Shown here: positions 1 to 9,134 of the stretch, in pieces | Layout: every line of letters begins with the position of its first letter | Position numbering within the stretch: position 1 is the first letter of the stretch | NCBI GenBank assembly: GCA_964590575.1 | Contig: CAZPWM010000004.1 | Location: 275 to 64,274 of the forward strand | Reading direction: 5' to 3' | DNA from: an uncultured archaeon | Lineage (GTDB): Archaea; Asgardarchaeota; Thorarchaeia; Thorarchaeales; Thorarchaeaceae | Length of the DNA stretch: 64,000 bases | Translations under genes and position numbers: made by a program | The notes under the pieces: generated by a model | Databases searched by the model: none | What the model saw: the letters and a program-made list of their open reading frames with translations, nothing else | What the model was told of the DNA's origin: nothing

Positions 1-1
1 T

Positions 2-283
2 ATGAATGGTGATGTGATTCAAGAAATTGGTCCAGTGAGATCTGCCCCATGCGGCTGCACTTGGTACGTCAGCCAGAAGGTTAGAGGTAAGTCAATCGCT
101 GACACATACACATTGTTCGATGAAATTGCAAAGGCACACCATTCCTACCCCTGTACAGCCTCAATGACTAAAGACCGAGAATACGGCGATGCCCTCCTTC
201 ATATTGCAGGTTACAATGCAAGACATGCTGTGTGTAATGCTACAGGGATTACAGACTGCGAGTTCTCCACCGACAAATATTGA
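2..283 (+). CDS. Hypothetical protein, C-terminal fragment; the ORF is probably open at the window edge
   Basis: ORF track only; Cys-containing, no recognisable motif. Confidence 0.3.
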   Translation: MNGDVIQEIGPVRSAPCGCTWYVSQKVRGKSIADTYTLFDEIAKAHHSYPCTASMTKDREYGDALLHIAGYNARHAVCNATGITDCEFSTDKY

Positions 284-437
284 TGGCGACGAAGGTCGGA
301 AATGTAATTCTTCATCTTGCAGAACAAACAGCTTGTTATGCAGTTTACGAAGCAGTAGGAATCAATAATTGCTGTATAAAAAAAGGGGCCTTGAGAAACA
401 CTCAAAATAGTCCACAGGCATCACTAACTGAACTGCA

Positions 438-1082
438 ATGGTTGACGCGATTATTGAATATTGGGCGAGTCTTGCACGAGAACTAGCAGCTCGTTTCAAT
501 ATACATGACGATTTCGATAAGAGTTCGGAATTCTGGAATTGGGAGAATTTCAGCCAAGAAATTCGTACTCTGAGGAATAAATTTGGTATTGGGAATGACT
601 ATGTAGATATCATGGGGCTTCGGGTTGATTTTGAAACAGGTGAAACCACAGATTTACTAACAAACACCAAGACCAATACTAGTCGTGTAATTCCCCATCT
701 TTACTATCACTCAAAATCACAGGACAAGGGTATCGCAAATGAGTGGGTCAAATATAACGCACTGAGTGGATCTTGGGCGTGCCGGTACAGTTTCGATGAG
801 AAAGACGTGAATATACTGGCAGCTGCTTTCGTGAACAACAAGGAGAAACTCTTCGATGCATTGAAGAAATTCGGAGCGAAGGAAGCAGATTACGGAGATG
901 CCGCCTTCGAGATACCATTCCTTCCAATGATCAAGGTTCTCCTTGTGTTTGAGGACGCTGATGAGGAGTTTCCAGCCAGTGTCAGACTTCTCTATGATAA
1001 GAATTCCATCTATTATATGCCACATGAGCAACTTGGAGATATCAGCTGGTTCATCGCAGGACGAGTTATGAAAGCTATGTAA
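438..1082 (+). CDS. Hypothetical protein
   Basis: 214-aa ORF with coding-like composition; no motif recognised. Confidence 0.35.
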   Translation: MVDAIIEYWASLARELAARFNIHDDFDKSSEFWNWENFSQEIRTLRNKFGIGNDYVDIMGLRVDFETGETTDLLTNTKTNTSRVIPHLYYHSKSQDKGIANEWVKYNALSGSWACRYSFDEKDVNILAAAFVNNKEKLFDALKKFGAKEADYGDAAFEIPFLPMIKVLLVFEDADEEFPASVRLLYDKNSIYYMPHEQLGDISWFIAGRVMKAM

Positions 1083-1277
1083 AACGTTGGAAAAAGTGCA
1101 TTTTGTATCGCATATCCGTTTGAAAACGAAATATGAATTTTCAAATTCGCCCTAGTGCTTTTAAGGTGGATGTTGTTCAATTTACAGTGCTAAGTAAACC
1201 AGAGTCATGTTTCTGTTAGTCATTCTTCAGACACATCATTCTGGTGAGCGTGGAAAGTTACAGAGGCGAGGAACAAA

Positions 1278-2336
1278 ATGACTGAAAAAGTTTTGAAGAC
1301 TGTCTGTGCTGGAGTAGGTTTTGTCGGAGGCGCAGCTCACGTTCCATCATTCCGCAAGGTACCCAACTCTCAATTATATGGTCTATTGGCCAGAAAGGGT
1401 AGGGAAAGTGAGAAGTATGCCCTGAAATTAAAGGAAAAAATGGCGAAGAAAGATAATTTCGATCTCAAAATCTACTATGACTGGAGTGACGTCTGTAAAG
1501 ACCCTGAAGTTGATGCTGTGTGTGTAGCTACACCTACACCATTCCATTATCCAATGGGTAAAGAAGCACTTGAGGGTGGTAAGCATGTCTACTTGGAGAT
1601 GCCAATAGCACCAAAACTCAAGGATGCTGAAGAATTGGGTAAAATTGCTGAGAAGAAGGGTGTGGTTCTCATGCCTATTCTGAACTTCAGACGCTGTCCT
1701 GGTTATGTGAAGGCAAAGGAACTCGTTGATACTGGTGCGATTGGAAAACCTATTGCAATCACATTTAGAGAGTTTATTGCTGCAGAGGATTTAGCCGACC
1801 AGTGGCCCCTAAGTGGATGGGCTTGGAATATTGAAAAAGCTGGAGGGTATCCAGATTATACGTTATCAGTATGGAGTCTTGATATGCTTCAGTGGTTCTT
1901 TAACAACCCCATCGAAAACGTCGAGTGGACTGCAAACTACAAGCCTATAGAGGGTATTGATGATTTCATGGGTTACCAAACTGTAGGAATAATGAAGTTC
2001 GCTAATGGCATAGTTGGTACGACAATGCTTGGATCATCTGTTGCAAAGGGCCTAGATCTCAGTAGGTTTGAGATTTTTGGTAACAATGGTAAGACCATTC
2101 TCGTAGACTGGATCCCAAGCAAAAACCGAGAGGTCTTTGATGTGACCCTATTTGGAAAAGATGGCGATGATAAGAATTGGCAGGTAGAAGGACCTGGTCC
2201 AGAAATTTGGGGGCACAAACAGATGATAGCCCACTTCGTTCAAGCATGTCTCGGTAATGAGAAACCCACGTGTGACTACAAATCAGCCATTGCAGCACAG
2301 AAGTGGTCAAACAAGATTGTAACCGATCTAATGTAG
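1278..2336 (+). CDS. Gfo/Idh/MocA-family NAD(P)-dependent oxidoreductase
   Basis: N-terminal Rossmann motif CAGVGFVGGAAH; length 352 aa typical of the family. Confidence 0.7.
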   Translation: MTEKVLKTVCAGVGFVGGAAHVPSFRKVPNSQLYGLLARKGRESEKYALKLKEKMAKKDNFDLKIYYDWSDVCKDPEVDAVCVATPTPFHYPMGKEALEGGKHVYLEMPIAPKLKDAEELGKIAEKKGVVLMPILNFRRCPGYVKAKELVDTGAIGKPIAITFREFIAAEDLADQWPLSGWAWNIEKAGGYPDYTLSVWSLDMLQWFFNNPIENVEWTANYKPIEGIDDFMGYQTVGIMKFANGIVGTTMLGSSVAKGLDLSRFEIFGNNGKTILVDWIPSKNREVFDVTLFGKDGDDKNWQVEGPGPEIWGHKQMIAHFVQACLGNEKPTCDYKSAIAAQKWSNKIVTDLM

Positions 2337-2388
2337 TTTTTAATGAAGTCGTCTGGTGCTGTGAGAAACAGCACCAGGCGCTCATGCT

Positions 2389-3039
2389 TTATTCATTTTC
2401 AATATCTTGGTACCATTCATATGAATATCTGGTCCAATCATCGATTTCTAGAACAAATGATTCGCCGCAATTCTGGCAAACAACCATTCCATTTTCTTGA
2501 ATTTGTTTCTCCTTGTAGATGTATGCGGCGTTGCAATAGGGGCAAGGTGTTCGTCTAAATCTAATATCTCCTCGATCATCTTCAGTTTCAAGTGGTACAT
2601 CTGTACCAAACTCCTTTCCACAATTCTGGCAGATTCTAATGTGTTGTCCTGGTTCGTCTTTGTATTTGTATGTAGCTTTGCAGTGCGGACACGTATTACC
2701 TCCATACCTCGTCGGAATCCGTTCAAATTTCCACTTATTGCTCATTGCTATTTTACCGATACCTCGAATTATCTCTTTCATGGTTCTATCAGGTGCAACG
2801 ATGCCCGTACCAAAGGGCTCAATCCAAATCTGACAGTATTTCTCGTTCTGGTCATGGTCGATTACAACGTTGATTAGTGCTGAATCTGCTGAAAGCGTAA
2901 TGGGAAAAACTTCCAAAAAATAAACTGCTATTGTCTTCCCATTGATATTCCACACTTTTTTCCATCTGATGGTCTTTTGGTTTTCTAGTAGCAAGATGAA
3001 CTCATCAACGACCGGTGTGAAGATATGGAATTTGACCAT
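2389..3039 (-). CDS. Zinc-ribbon-containing hypothetical protein
   Basis: C-terminal half carries two C4 motifs (CPHC...CQNCG and CPYC...CQNCG). Confidence 0.45.
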   Translation of the reverse strand: MVKFHIFTPVVDEFILLLENQKTIRWKKVWNINGKTIAVYFLEVFPITLSADSALINVVIDHDQNEKYCQIWIEPFGTGIVAPDRTMKEIIRGIGKIAMSNKWKFERIPTRYGGNTCPHCKATYKYKDEPGQHIRICQNCGKEFGTDVPLETEDDRGDIRFRRTPCPYCNAAYIYKEKQIQENGMVVCQNCGESFVLEIDDWTRYSYEWYQDIENE

Positions 3040-3110
3040 TGAAACTCTCCCTGTGATTGCATCGTATTGAAAGCTTATTAGTTTAAGTTCTCATCGTGCG
3101 ACCTTTGGAC

Positions 3111-4130
3111 TCACCATCGATGAACCGTAACTTGACCATCCAAAATCTTGAGATATGACCCAGCTTCTCCAAGCCAGCATCCAGCATCAGCAACTTTGGT
3201 TTCCTGGCTGACATACGGAGTATGGCCATGACCTCTAATCAAAAATTCTTCAGAGCGTAGACCCACAGTGAGCGCAGCGGCCTCTCTTTTCTTCTGATGT
3301 ACTTCTCTTGCTAGATGTGGTGGAATAGCGCTTCTCTCAGTGTAATGGTCAAGTTTTCTAATGATTTGTTCCCACTCTGTGGCAAACTGCTCGATTTCAG
3401 TCAATAGCCTTGAACATCTAATGGCAACATCCTCGAAAACACTAACTTGTCTAAGCAACTCCCATTCGTAATGCAGACCTGTCTTTTCTCTCTCCATGTT
3501 CCCATCAAGAGGTCCTGCTAGCTTATGTTCTAGCTTGCTCTGGATATCATGAGGTAACTCTCTCACTAGACAACTTGTCTTCATAGGAAGGGTCTCTGCA
3601 AATCGATAGATGATATTCCAAACATCTGATAGATCTTCATCCTCTGTATCAACAAAACACATCGCCTGACTGAAGACTTCGTAGAAACTTAATGCAAGCC
3701 AGTAGTCTACCTGATGACCATGAATGAACTTCAACTTCAGTCCATCATCTGTCAACTCCAATGTTTCTGAAACTTGATCTAGAACACCTGATGATTCTGG
3801 AGGGCCCGATGATTCAATCTGTGATAATAGACTGAAGATTCCATAGTCATGATTTCCAACCAAGTAGTTCTTCTTCATCTCTAAACGACCAATTTCGGTG
3901 AGAATATCCAGGTTTTGCGACAGAACCTGTGAGTTCGTATTTCTCCACAAATCAAGAATATCTCCAAGCAGAACAATGTGAGAAATATCATCTTGATTTG
4001 GTTCCAAGTATTCGCTGATGAAATCTGAAAATCCCGATTTGTTCGCCATCTGACTTCCCAAGTGTAAATCTGCAACCGCGATTATCATACTTGATTCCTC
4101 AGTGGCTGTGACCATGTCCTGTTTCATCAT
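3111..4130 (-). CDS. Calcineurin-like metallophosphoesterase
   Basis: Motifs DLHLG, GDILD and GNHD in the canonical order; the start may be the MVTAT Met at 4115. Confidence 0.65.
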   Translation of the reverse strand: MMKQDMVTATEESSMIIAVADLHLGSQMANKSGFSDFISEYLEPNQDDISHIVLLGDILDLWRNTNSQVLSQNLDILTEIGRLEMKKNYLVGNHDYGIFSLLSQIESSGPPESSGVLDQVSETLELTDDGLKLKFIHGHQVDYWLALSFYEVFSQAMCFVDTEDEDLSDVWNIIYRFAETLPMKTSCLVRELPHDIQSKLEHKLAGPLDGNMEREKTGLHYEWELLRQVSVFEDVAIRCSRLLTEIEQFATEWEQIIRKLDHYTERSAIPPHLAREVHQKKREAAALTVGLRSEEFLIRGHGHTPYVSQETKVADAGCWLGEAGSYLKILDGQVTVHRW

Positions 4131-4539
4131 TCTCAGGCAAATAGAATGTGAATAATCTTACATATTCTATGCCCTTGAGTCCTGAAATCTTGTTAGCGAG
4201 TGCTTCGATAGACTTTCGGGTTCCCTTTAATGTGATGACTTCCAAACAATGACTGTGGGTGGCGTGGACATGAACAGTTGAAACCACCTGAGCTTGAGCG
4301 TCATGTTGAATCCTCGTGAGATCCGACATCAATCTCGGTTTGTGCTGATAGACAATGTTTAGACTGGCCATTGTATTCTCTTGATCTGATTCCGCACTCC
4401 ATTCAAACTGGGAGATATACTCTCGCATAGCATCACGGATAGCCTCAGACCTGCCAATGTATTCCTTCTTCTCAACCAGCTTATCGAACTTCTCCAGTAG
4501 GTCCTCTGGAACAGATACACCGAATCTCTTTAAAGCCAT
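4099..4539 (-). CDS. nikR: Nickel-responsive transcriptional regulator NikR
   Basis: N-terminal ribbon-helix-helix (MALKRFGVSVPEDLLEKFD...GRSEAIRDAMREYI) plus a C-terminal His/Cys-rich metal-binding domain (HVHATHSHCLE); start chosen at the MALKRF Met rather than the longer ORF. Confidence 0.75.
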   Translation of the reverse strand: MALKRFGVSVPEDLLEKFDKLVEKKEYIGRSEAIRDAMREYISQFEWSAESDQENTMASLNIVYQHKPRLMSDLTRIQHDAQAQVVSTVHVHATHSHCLEVITLKGTRKSIEALANKISGLKGIEYVRLFTFYLPENDETGHGHSH

Positions 4540-4635
4540 GACACGAACCACCATTAATAGTAACACGATTTCACCAGAAGTAACACACTTAAGTAAATAT
4601 TGTTGAATCCGATAAAGCGGTATGGTGTGAAAAAA
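4540..4635. promoter_or_regulatory. Divergent nikR / nikM intergenic region with two direct AGTAACAC repeats at 4559-4566 and 4579-4586; candidate NikR operator
   Basis: Repeats read directly in sequence, about 20 bp apart centre to centre; location between the regulator and its likely target operon. Confidence 0.3.
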
Positions 4636-5343
4636 ATGCATGTTCCGGATGGTGTGCTACCCCTTTGGGTCTATATCCTCTTCTTGGCCATTAGTCTGCC
4701 GATACTTGGCATAGCAATTCGAAAAGTCAACAAACGTTTTGATGATCGACTTACTCCCTATATGGGTGTACTAGCCGCTGTAATATTTGCCGCGCAATTC
4801 GTGAACTTTCCAGTTCCTCCCTCAAGTGGACATCTTGTAGGTACAACGCTTCTCGCAGTGATGCTAGGACCTTGGGCAGCAATGGTAATAATTGCACTTG
4901 TTCTCTTTGTTCAAGCTCTATATGGTGATGGAGGACTACTTGCGTTTGGTCTTAATTTCTTCAATATGGGTGTCTTAGGTGCAATTCTCGGATGGGGGAT
5001 TGCATTCATCCTTTTCAAAGGAATAACCAAGTTTCTAGACGAGAAAGCTTCTGTTCTTATTGCCGCATCAGTTTCTGCATTTATCACTGTTGTAGGAGCT
5101 GCATTCGTGCTTGGTCTTGAGTTACTGACAATTCCTGGATTAGGTTTTGAGTTTGTGTACATCATTACTGGCATTCATGCAGTCATTGCTCTCGGAGAAG
5201 CTGTTCTCACATTTGTGATTCTTCTTTATTTCGTCAAAGCCAAACCAAAGATGATTGCATTCCTAAAGGACAGTGATACTGGTAGAGCCCTCAATAGAGA
5301 TAGAACACAAGAGATTACACCAACATTGGAGGAGGCCAGATAA
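4636..5343 (+). CDS. cbiM: ECF-type Ni/Co transporter substrate-capture component CbiM/NikM
   Basis: N-terminus MHVPDG, the metal-binding Met1-His2 terminus of CbiM/NikM; seven TM helices; the track ORF from 4600 would destroy the conserved N-terminus. Confidence 0.8.
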   Translation: MHVPDGVLPLWVYILFLAISLPILGIAIRKVNKRFDDRLTPYMGVLAAVIFAAQFVNFPVPPSSGHLVGTTLLAVMLGPWAAMVIIALVLFVQALYGDGGLLAFGLNFFNMGVLGAILGWGIAFILFKGITKFLDEKASVLIAASVSAFITVVGAAFVLGLELLTIPGLGFEFVYIITGIHAVIALGEAVLTFVILLYFVKAKPKMIAFLKDSDTGRALNRDRTQEITPTLEEAR

Positions 5344-5630
5344 TGGACAGAAACACATTTGTGAGGGTAATAATCCCAGTCATAGTTTTGCTGACTGTAG
5401 TCATATCCGTTCTGATTTTTACGGGTCTGGCCTCTGAAAATCCTGATGGGTTTGAATGGGCTTTATTTGATTGGGCTGGGATTACAGAACCTGAAGGTGG
5501 GTTCGAAGGCATATTCGCCTTTCTTGGATCGGGTCCTTTAGTGGATGCGGTAACGGGCGGTATTGGCATCATTGTGATATTGATACTTGCTTACCTTTTC
5601 TTCAAGTTCACCTCTCGTAGAACAGAATGA
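5343..5630 (+). CDS. Small membrane component CbiN/NikN-like
   Basis: 95 aa with two TM segments, immediately after cbiM, 1-nt coupling. Confidence 0.5.
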   Translation: MDRNTFVRVIIPVIVLLTVVISVLIFTGLASENPDGFEWALFDWAGITEPEGGFEGIFAFLGSGPLVDAVTGGIGIIVILILAYLFFKFTSRRTE

Positions 5631-5680
5631 TTATTGCAAAATTAATTTGCAAATAGAAAGAATATCGGAGAACTAGAATA

Positions 5681-6466
5681 ATGGCCACATTCCTACTGCC
5701 CTTTGTCGAGGGCAGAGCAAATCTGCAGCGGTTTTCACCAACAGCTGTCTTGCTATCTGCAGTTGGTCTAGGCATATTCATCGCTCTACAATCAAATCCC
5801 TTTGCCGTTCTCTTTATTCTGTTGATGATATTTTCAGGTGGAATTATTACCAGAACACGATGGAGGGTAGTCCTCAGACTTGCCGCCAAGTTTGAAATCC
5901 TTATCCTATTCTGGATGTTCTTAATGCCTTTCATATACGGAGAAACGGTCATTCTCTCAATCATGCTTCCTTGGGGAATCTTGAATGCTTATAGTGAAGG
6001 TCTGACTTTCGGAATTCTAATTGCCCTCCGAATGATGACAATGTTAGTGCTATTTGTTACGACTCTATCGCATATGTCATTGACTGAGTTTATAGGTGCA
6101 TTACGAACGTTACGTGTTCCTAGTACCATTCTCGGTTCTCTTCTGATAATGCTTCGATATATCCCGTTATTTATGACCGAAAGGAAACGCATGCAAGAGG
6201 CTCAACTTTTGCGTGGCTACAATCGCGGCAAACGTGTCGAACGAATAAAATCTCTTGGATATCTGGTTGGAACAACCATCAGTCGCTCATTTGATAGAAG
6301 TGCAGCAGTATATGATGCAATGAGCCTTCGCGGATTTGGAAAAGGAACAATGGTATTGGGAACTGGATTTAGACGTTCGGACGCTCTTCTCCCAGTCATC
6401 TTACTTGTTCTTATTCTTAGTCTTCCTTTTCTAGTTACAATAATTTTTGGGGTCCTAATGATATGA
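5681..6466 (+). CDS. cbiQ: ECF transporter transmembrane (T) component CbiQ
   Basis: Polytopic 261-aa membrane protein with LRGYNRG-type C-terminal motifs; operon position. Confidence 0.7.
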   Translation: MATFLLPFVEGRANLQRFSPTAVLLSAVGLGIFIALQSNPFAVLFILLMIFSGGIITRTRWRVVLRLAAKFEILILFWMFLMPFIYGETVILSIMLPWGILNAYSEGLTFGILIALRMMTMLVLFVTTLSHMSLTEFIGALRTLRVPSTILGSLLIMLRYIPLFMTERKRMQEAQLLRGYNRGKRVERIKSLGYLVGTTISRSFDRSAAVYDAMSLRGFGKGTMVLGTGFRRSDALLPVILLVLILSLPFLVTIIFGVLMI

Positions 6467-7221
6467 CCTGTGCAATCGATATGAATCATGTCTTCTTTAG
6501 ATATGACGAATTCAAAATCGAAGATGTGAAACTCCAACTCCATATTGGAGAACAGAAAGCTCTTGCTGGATTGAATGGATCTGGAAAGACTACATTATTC
6601 AAACTCCTTCTAGGACTTCTTGAACCTGACTCTGGTGATATCTACATCTTTGATAAGAAATTAACAAAGGACACACTTTGGGAAATCAGGCAGGATGTTG
6701 GTTTCCTCTTTCAGAATCCCGATGACCAGCTCTTTGCACCTACTGTGTGGGAGGATGTTGCATTTGGCCCTCGAAACTTAGGCCTTTCTAATGAAGAGAT
6801 TGAGGACAGAGTTGAGTGGGCACTTGATAGAGTTGGAATGTCCAAATTTGTAACTCGACCTGTGAACCAGATGAGCCACGGAGAAGCAAAAAGGATCGCT
6901 TTAGCTGGTATCATAGCGATGCGTCCCAGCATCTTAGTTCTAGACGAACCTTTCTCCGGACTTGATTTTAAAATGGTCACGACCATGATAGACATCATTC
7001 AGAGACTACGTCAGGATGGTGCAAGCATACTCTTCACAACCCACAACAGTTTCTTCATTGAGAACTGGTCAGACTCTGTGGCTGTTATAAAGGAGGGTAG
7101 GATTGTTTATGATGGCCCCACAAAAGAGGCTATGAGGAGTAGAGTGGTCACTGAGAACATTGGCGACTGGAGCGGTTTAAGAAAAAAGATTGTGTCCTCT
7201 CGAAGCTCACTTCTCGATTAA
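6463..7221 (+). CDS. cbiO: ECF transporter ATPase component CbiO
   Basis: Walker A GLNGSGKTT, signature-like MSHGEAKR, Walker B ILVLDEP. Confidence 0.8.
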   Translation: MTCAIDMNHVFFRYDEFKIEDVKLQLHIGEQKALAGLNGSGKTTLFKLLLGLLEPDSGDIYIFDKKLTKDTLWEIRQDVGFLFQNPDDQLFAPTVWEDVAFGPRNLGLSNEEIEDRVEWALDRVGMSKFVTRPVNQMSHGEAKRIALAGIIAMRPSILVLDEPFSGLDFKMVTTMIDIIQRLRQDGASILFTTHNSFFIENWSDSVAVIKEGRIVYDGPTKEAMRSRVVTENIGDWSGLRKKIVSSRSSLLD

Positions 7222-7266
7222 GTTCGATATTGTTAAAAGGTACTTCCTAAGAATCCGTTTCTTAAT

Positions 7267-7385
7267 GCGGAGGTTGCCAAGCCAGGTTAAAGGCGCAGGG
7301 CTCAGATCCCTGTCTCGTAGGAGTACATGTGTAGGTTTTCCCTCACATGGCCGAATCGCGAGTTCGAATCTCGCCCTCCGCACCA
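7267..7385 (+). tRNA. tRNA-Leu (anticodon CAG) with about 30 nt extra sequence, either an intron or an unusually long variable region
   Basis: Acceptor stem GCGGAGG/CCTCCGC with discriminator A and encoded CCA; anticodon stem CAGGG/CCCTG with loop CTCAGAT; T arm GCGAG-TTCGAAT-CTCGC; total 119 nt against about 88 expected. Confidence 0.75.
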
Positions 7386-7386
7386 T
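7367..7386. repeat. Copy 1 of a 20-bp direct repeat AATCTCGCCCTCCGCACCAT, the 3' end of tRNA-Leu
   Basis: Exact match with 8146-8165. Confidence 0.55.
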
Positions 7387-7535
7387 TAATTCTCCATTTC
7401 ATGTGTAGGAAACTATTGAGCAGTGTTATTGGTTATGCGATTTGTCTTTCTGTACAGATATATGATGAGTAGGTTGCCAATGATAGAGAAAACAAAACTA
7501 TCGAAAGAAGCGTTTCCGCCATCTCCGCACCACCA

Positions 7536-8087
7536 TCAGTCAATCACCCTAAATCCTGAATATCGTCTTTTGCAGGCTATCAGCCAAATAGTCACAGTGA
7601 ATAATAAGACCAAACCAACTCCGTAAACAGAAAACTGTATCCCTCGAGGATGCATGTTGGTGACAATTGTTGCTCCTAGAAGAAAGAGAATAATCTCTGC
7701 AATAAGCGCTCCTTTCAACAGCGAACATAAGATGGTCCTCTCAATCCGATAGGGCGAAAATGAATAGAGAACTCCAATAATGATCCAGAATATCCAAGTT
7801 ACACTGTGCATGAAGACAAGGTAGAATACCTGATCAACCAGTACTGCTGGAGTGATTACCGTCAAATGACCCGGTGGGCTTGGGACGGGGAAAAAACTTC
7901 CCGGTCCTCCACTAGACCATTCTAATCCTCGTTCAAAACTCCAACCCCAACTACCATACATCAACAATGCAGAGCATAGAATCCAAAGGTAGTATATTAG
8001 AAGTACCACAACTGGAAAACGATAGAGGACATTGTTTCGATTTAGAGGTTCCCTGACCCAAAACCTTGACTCCTGCGAATCAATCAT
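7536..8087 (-). CDS. Hypothetical polytopic membrane protein lying between the tRNA-derived direct repeats
   Basis: 183-aa ORF with several hydrophobic segments. Confidence 0.45.
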   Translation of the reverse strand: MIDSQESRFWVREPLNRNNVLYRFPVVVLLIYYLWILCSALLMYGSWGWSFERGLEWSSGGPGSFFPVPSPPGHLTVITPAVLVDQVFYLVFMHSVTWIFWIIIGVLYSFSPYRIERTILCSLLKGALIAEIILFLLGATIVTNMHPRGIQFSVYGVGLVLLFTVTIWLIACKRRYSGFRVID

Positions 8088-8145
8088 TCGTTACACCCTT
8101 ACTAGACATAACTCATCATATTCATATCATTCTTCTTCTATTTCA

Positions 8146-8165
8146 AATCTCGCCCTCCGCACCAT
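8146..8165. repeat. Copy 2 of the tRNA-Leu 3'-end direct repeat; att-like
   Basis: Exact 20/20 match to 7367-7386; neighbouring bases also similar (tcA vs tcG). Confidence 0.55.
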
Positions 8166-8176
8166 ATTATCTCATT

Positions 8177-8542
8177 TTAGAAGGCGGTGACTACTGCGTT
8201 GTATTCGATGCGAACCACTTCATCCATTCTAGCAATTCCAAAAATCTGCTCTGGTGTAAGGAATGCATGAAAACCACCTAGTAGCTCCCATACTTGCTCC
8301 ACAGACTCACTAGGTATTGTATCAATGACAGTATACGCATCATCAATCGATCTACAAGCAATGATGCAATCGTGTATAGTATCAAATGTTCCAGCTTGAA
8401 TTCTCTCAACCAAGTCTTGACTTAATTTGTTCTTAACATCGTCAGGAACAGACGCGCGAGTAGCTGCCCATAAGCTAAATCCAGAGAATACCAAAATTGA
8501 AGCTACAAACACTAGGAGGATGTATTTTCTCAATCTGTTCAT
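8177..8542 (-). CDS. Small secreted or anchored hypothetical protein
   Basis: N-terminal signal/TM segment ILLVFVASILVFSGFSLWA. Confidence 0.4.
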   Translation of the reverse strand: MNRLRKYILLVFVASILVFSGFSLWAATRASVPDDVKNKLSQDLVERIQAGTFDTIHDCIIACRSIDDAYTVIDTIPSESVEQVWELLGGFHAFLTPEQIFGIARMDEVVRIEYNAVVTAF

Positions 8543-8621
8543 TCGTTAAGCCCCTCATTTGAGGTATGGGCTCAAATTCATATCAACCTTTTTCCAAACT
8601 GGATATTGCAGAAATCATTCA

Positions 8622-8638
8622 GATCTCGCCTTTCGCCA
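8622..8638. repeat. Degenerate third copy of the tRNA 3'-end repeat (GATCTCGCCTTTCGCCA)
   Basis: About 14 of 17 positions match ATCTCGCCCTCCGCACCA; weak. Confidence 0.2.
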
Positions 8639-8651
8639 ATCTGTTCGAAGT

Positions 8652-9086
8652 TCATTCATCTTGAGGGAGAATGAAGATAGTTTCGATTCTTTCTACACCC
8701 TGAAGTTTCTCAAGTTCATTAGTGATGAACTTTGCAAGTTTGGAAATATCCTTGACCTGCGCCATGCAAATGAAATTAGCTGACCCAGATGTCCTGAGCA
8801 CCTTCGATATTTCGTTATATGTTGAGAGCGTTCGGTACAGAGAGTCTGACTCTCCAGGTTTTGAGGTTATCATGACAACTACCTGAACCTCATATCCGAG
8901 CTTTCTGTGGTCTAGTTCGAGAGTATACCTCTTGATGACTCCGAGATTAACCAAGCGTTCCATTCTATTTCGGATAGAACTGGGACTAAGGTCCACTACC
9001 GCTGCAATCTCTCTCAGAGAAATACGCGCATTCTTTATGAGCATCTCAATAATTGCAAGATCGCTTTCATCAATCTTTTCTGTCAT
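8652..9086 (-). CDS. Lrp/AsnC-family transcriptional regulator
   Basis: HTH region DLAIIEMLIKNARISLREIAAVVDLSPSSIRNRMERL followed by a RAM-like C-terminal domain. Confidence 0.75.
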   Translation of the reverse strand: MTEKIDESDLAIIEMLIKNARISLREIAAVVDLSPSSIRNRMERLVNLGVIKRYTLELDHRKLGYEVQVVVMITSKPGESDSLYRTLSTYNEISKVLRTSGSANFICMAQVKDISKLAKFITNELEKLQGVERIETIFILPQDE

Positions 9087-9134
9087 ACCCATGTAGAACA
9101 TCCCTTTTTTGAAGGCAATTCCTGAAAGAATGCT

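Noticed and set aside
2303-2558. Two plus-strand ORFs (2303-2500 and 2343-2558) overlapping the 3' end of the zinc-ribbon gene
   Set aside because: Low-complexity translations that lie antisense to, or overlap, a better-supported minus-strand gene; probably spurious
4600-4635. TTG start of cbiM in the ORF track
   Set aside because: CbiM/NikM require the Met1-His2 N-terminus (MHVPDG) for metal binding, so the ATG at 4636 is the functional start
7386-8145. Complete integrated provirus or ICE at the tRNA-Leu gene
   Set aside because: The repeat-bounded interval is only 760 bp and has no integrase, so at most it is a remnant or an empty-ish att site; reported as a finding, not a mobile-element feature
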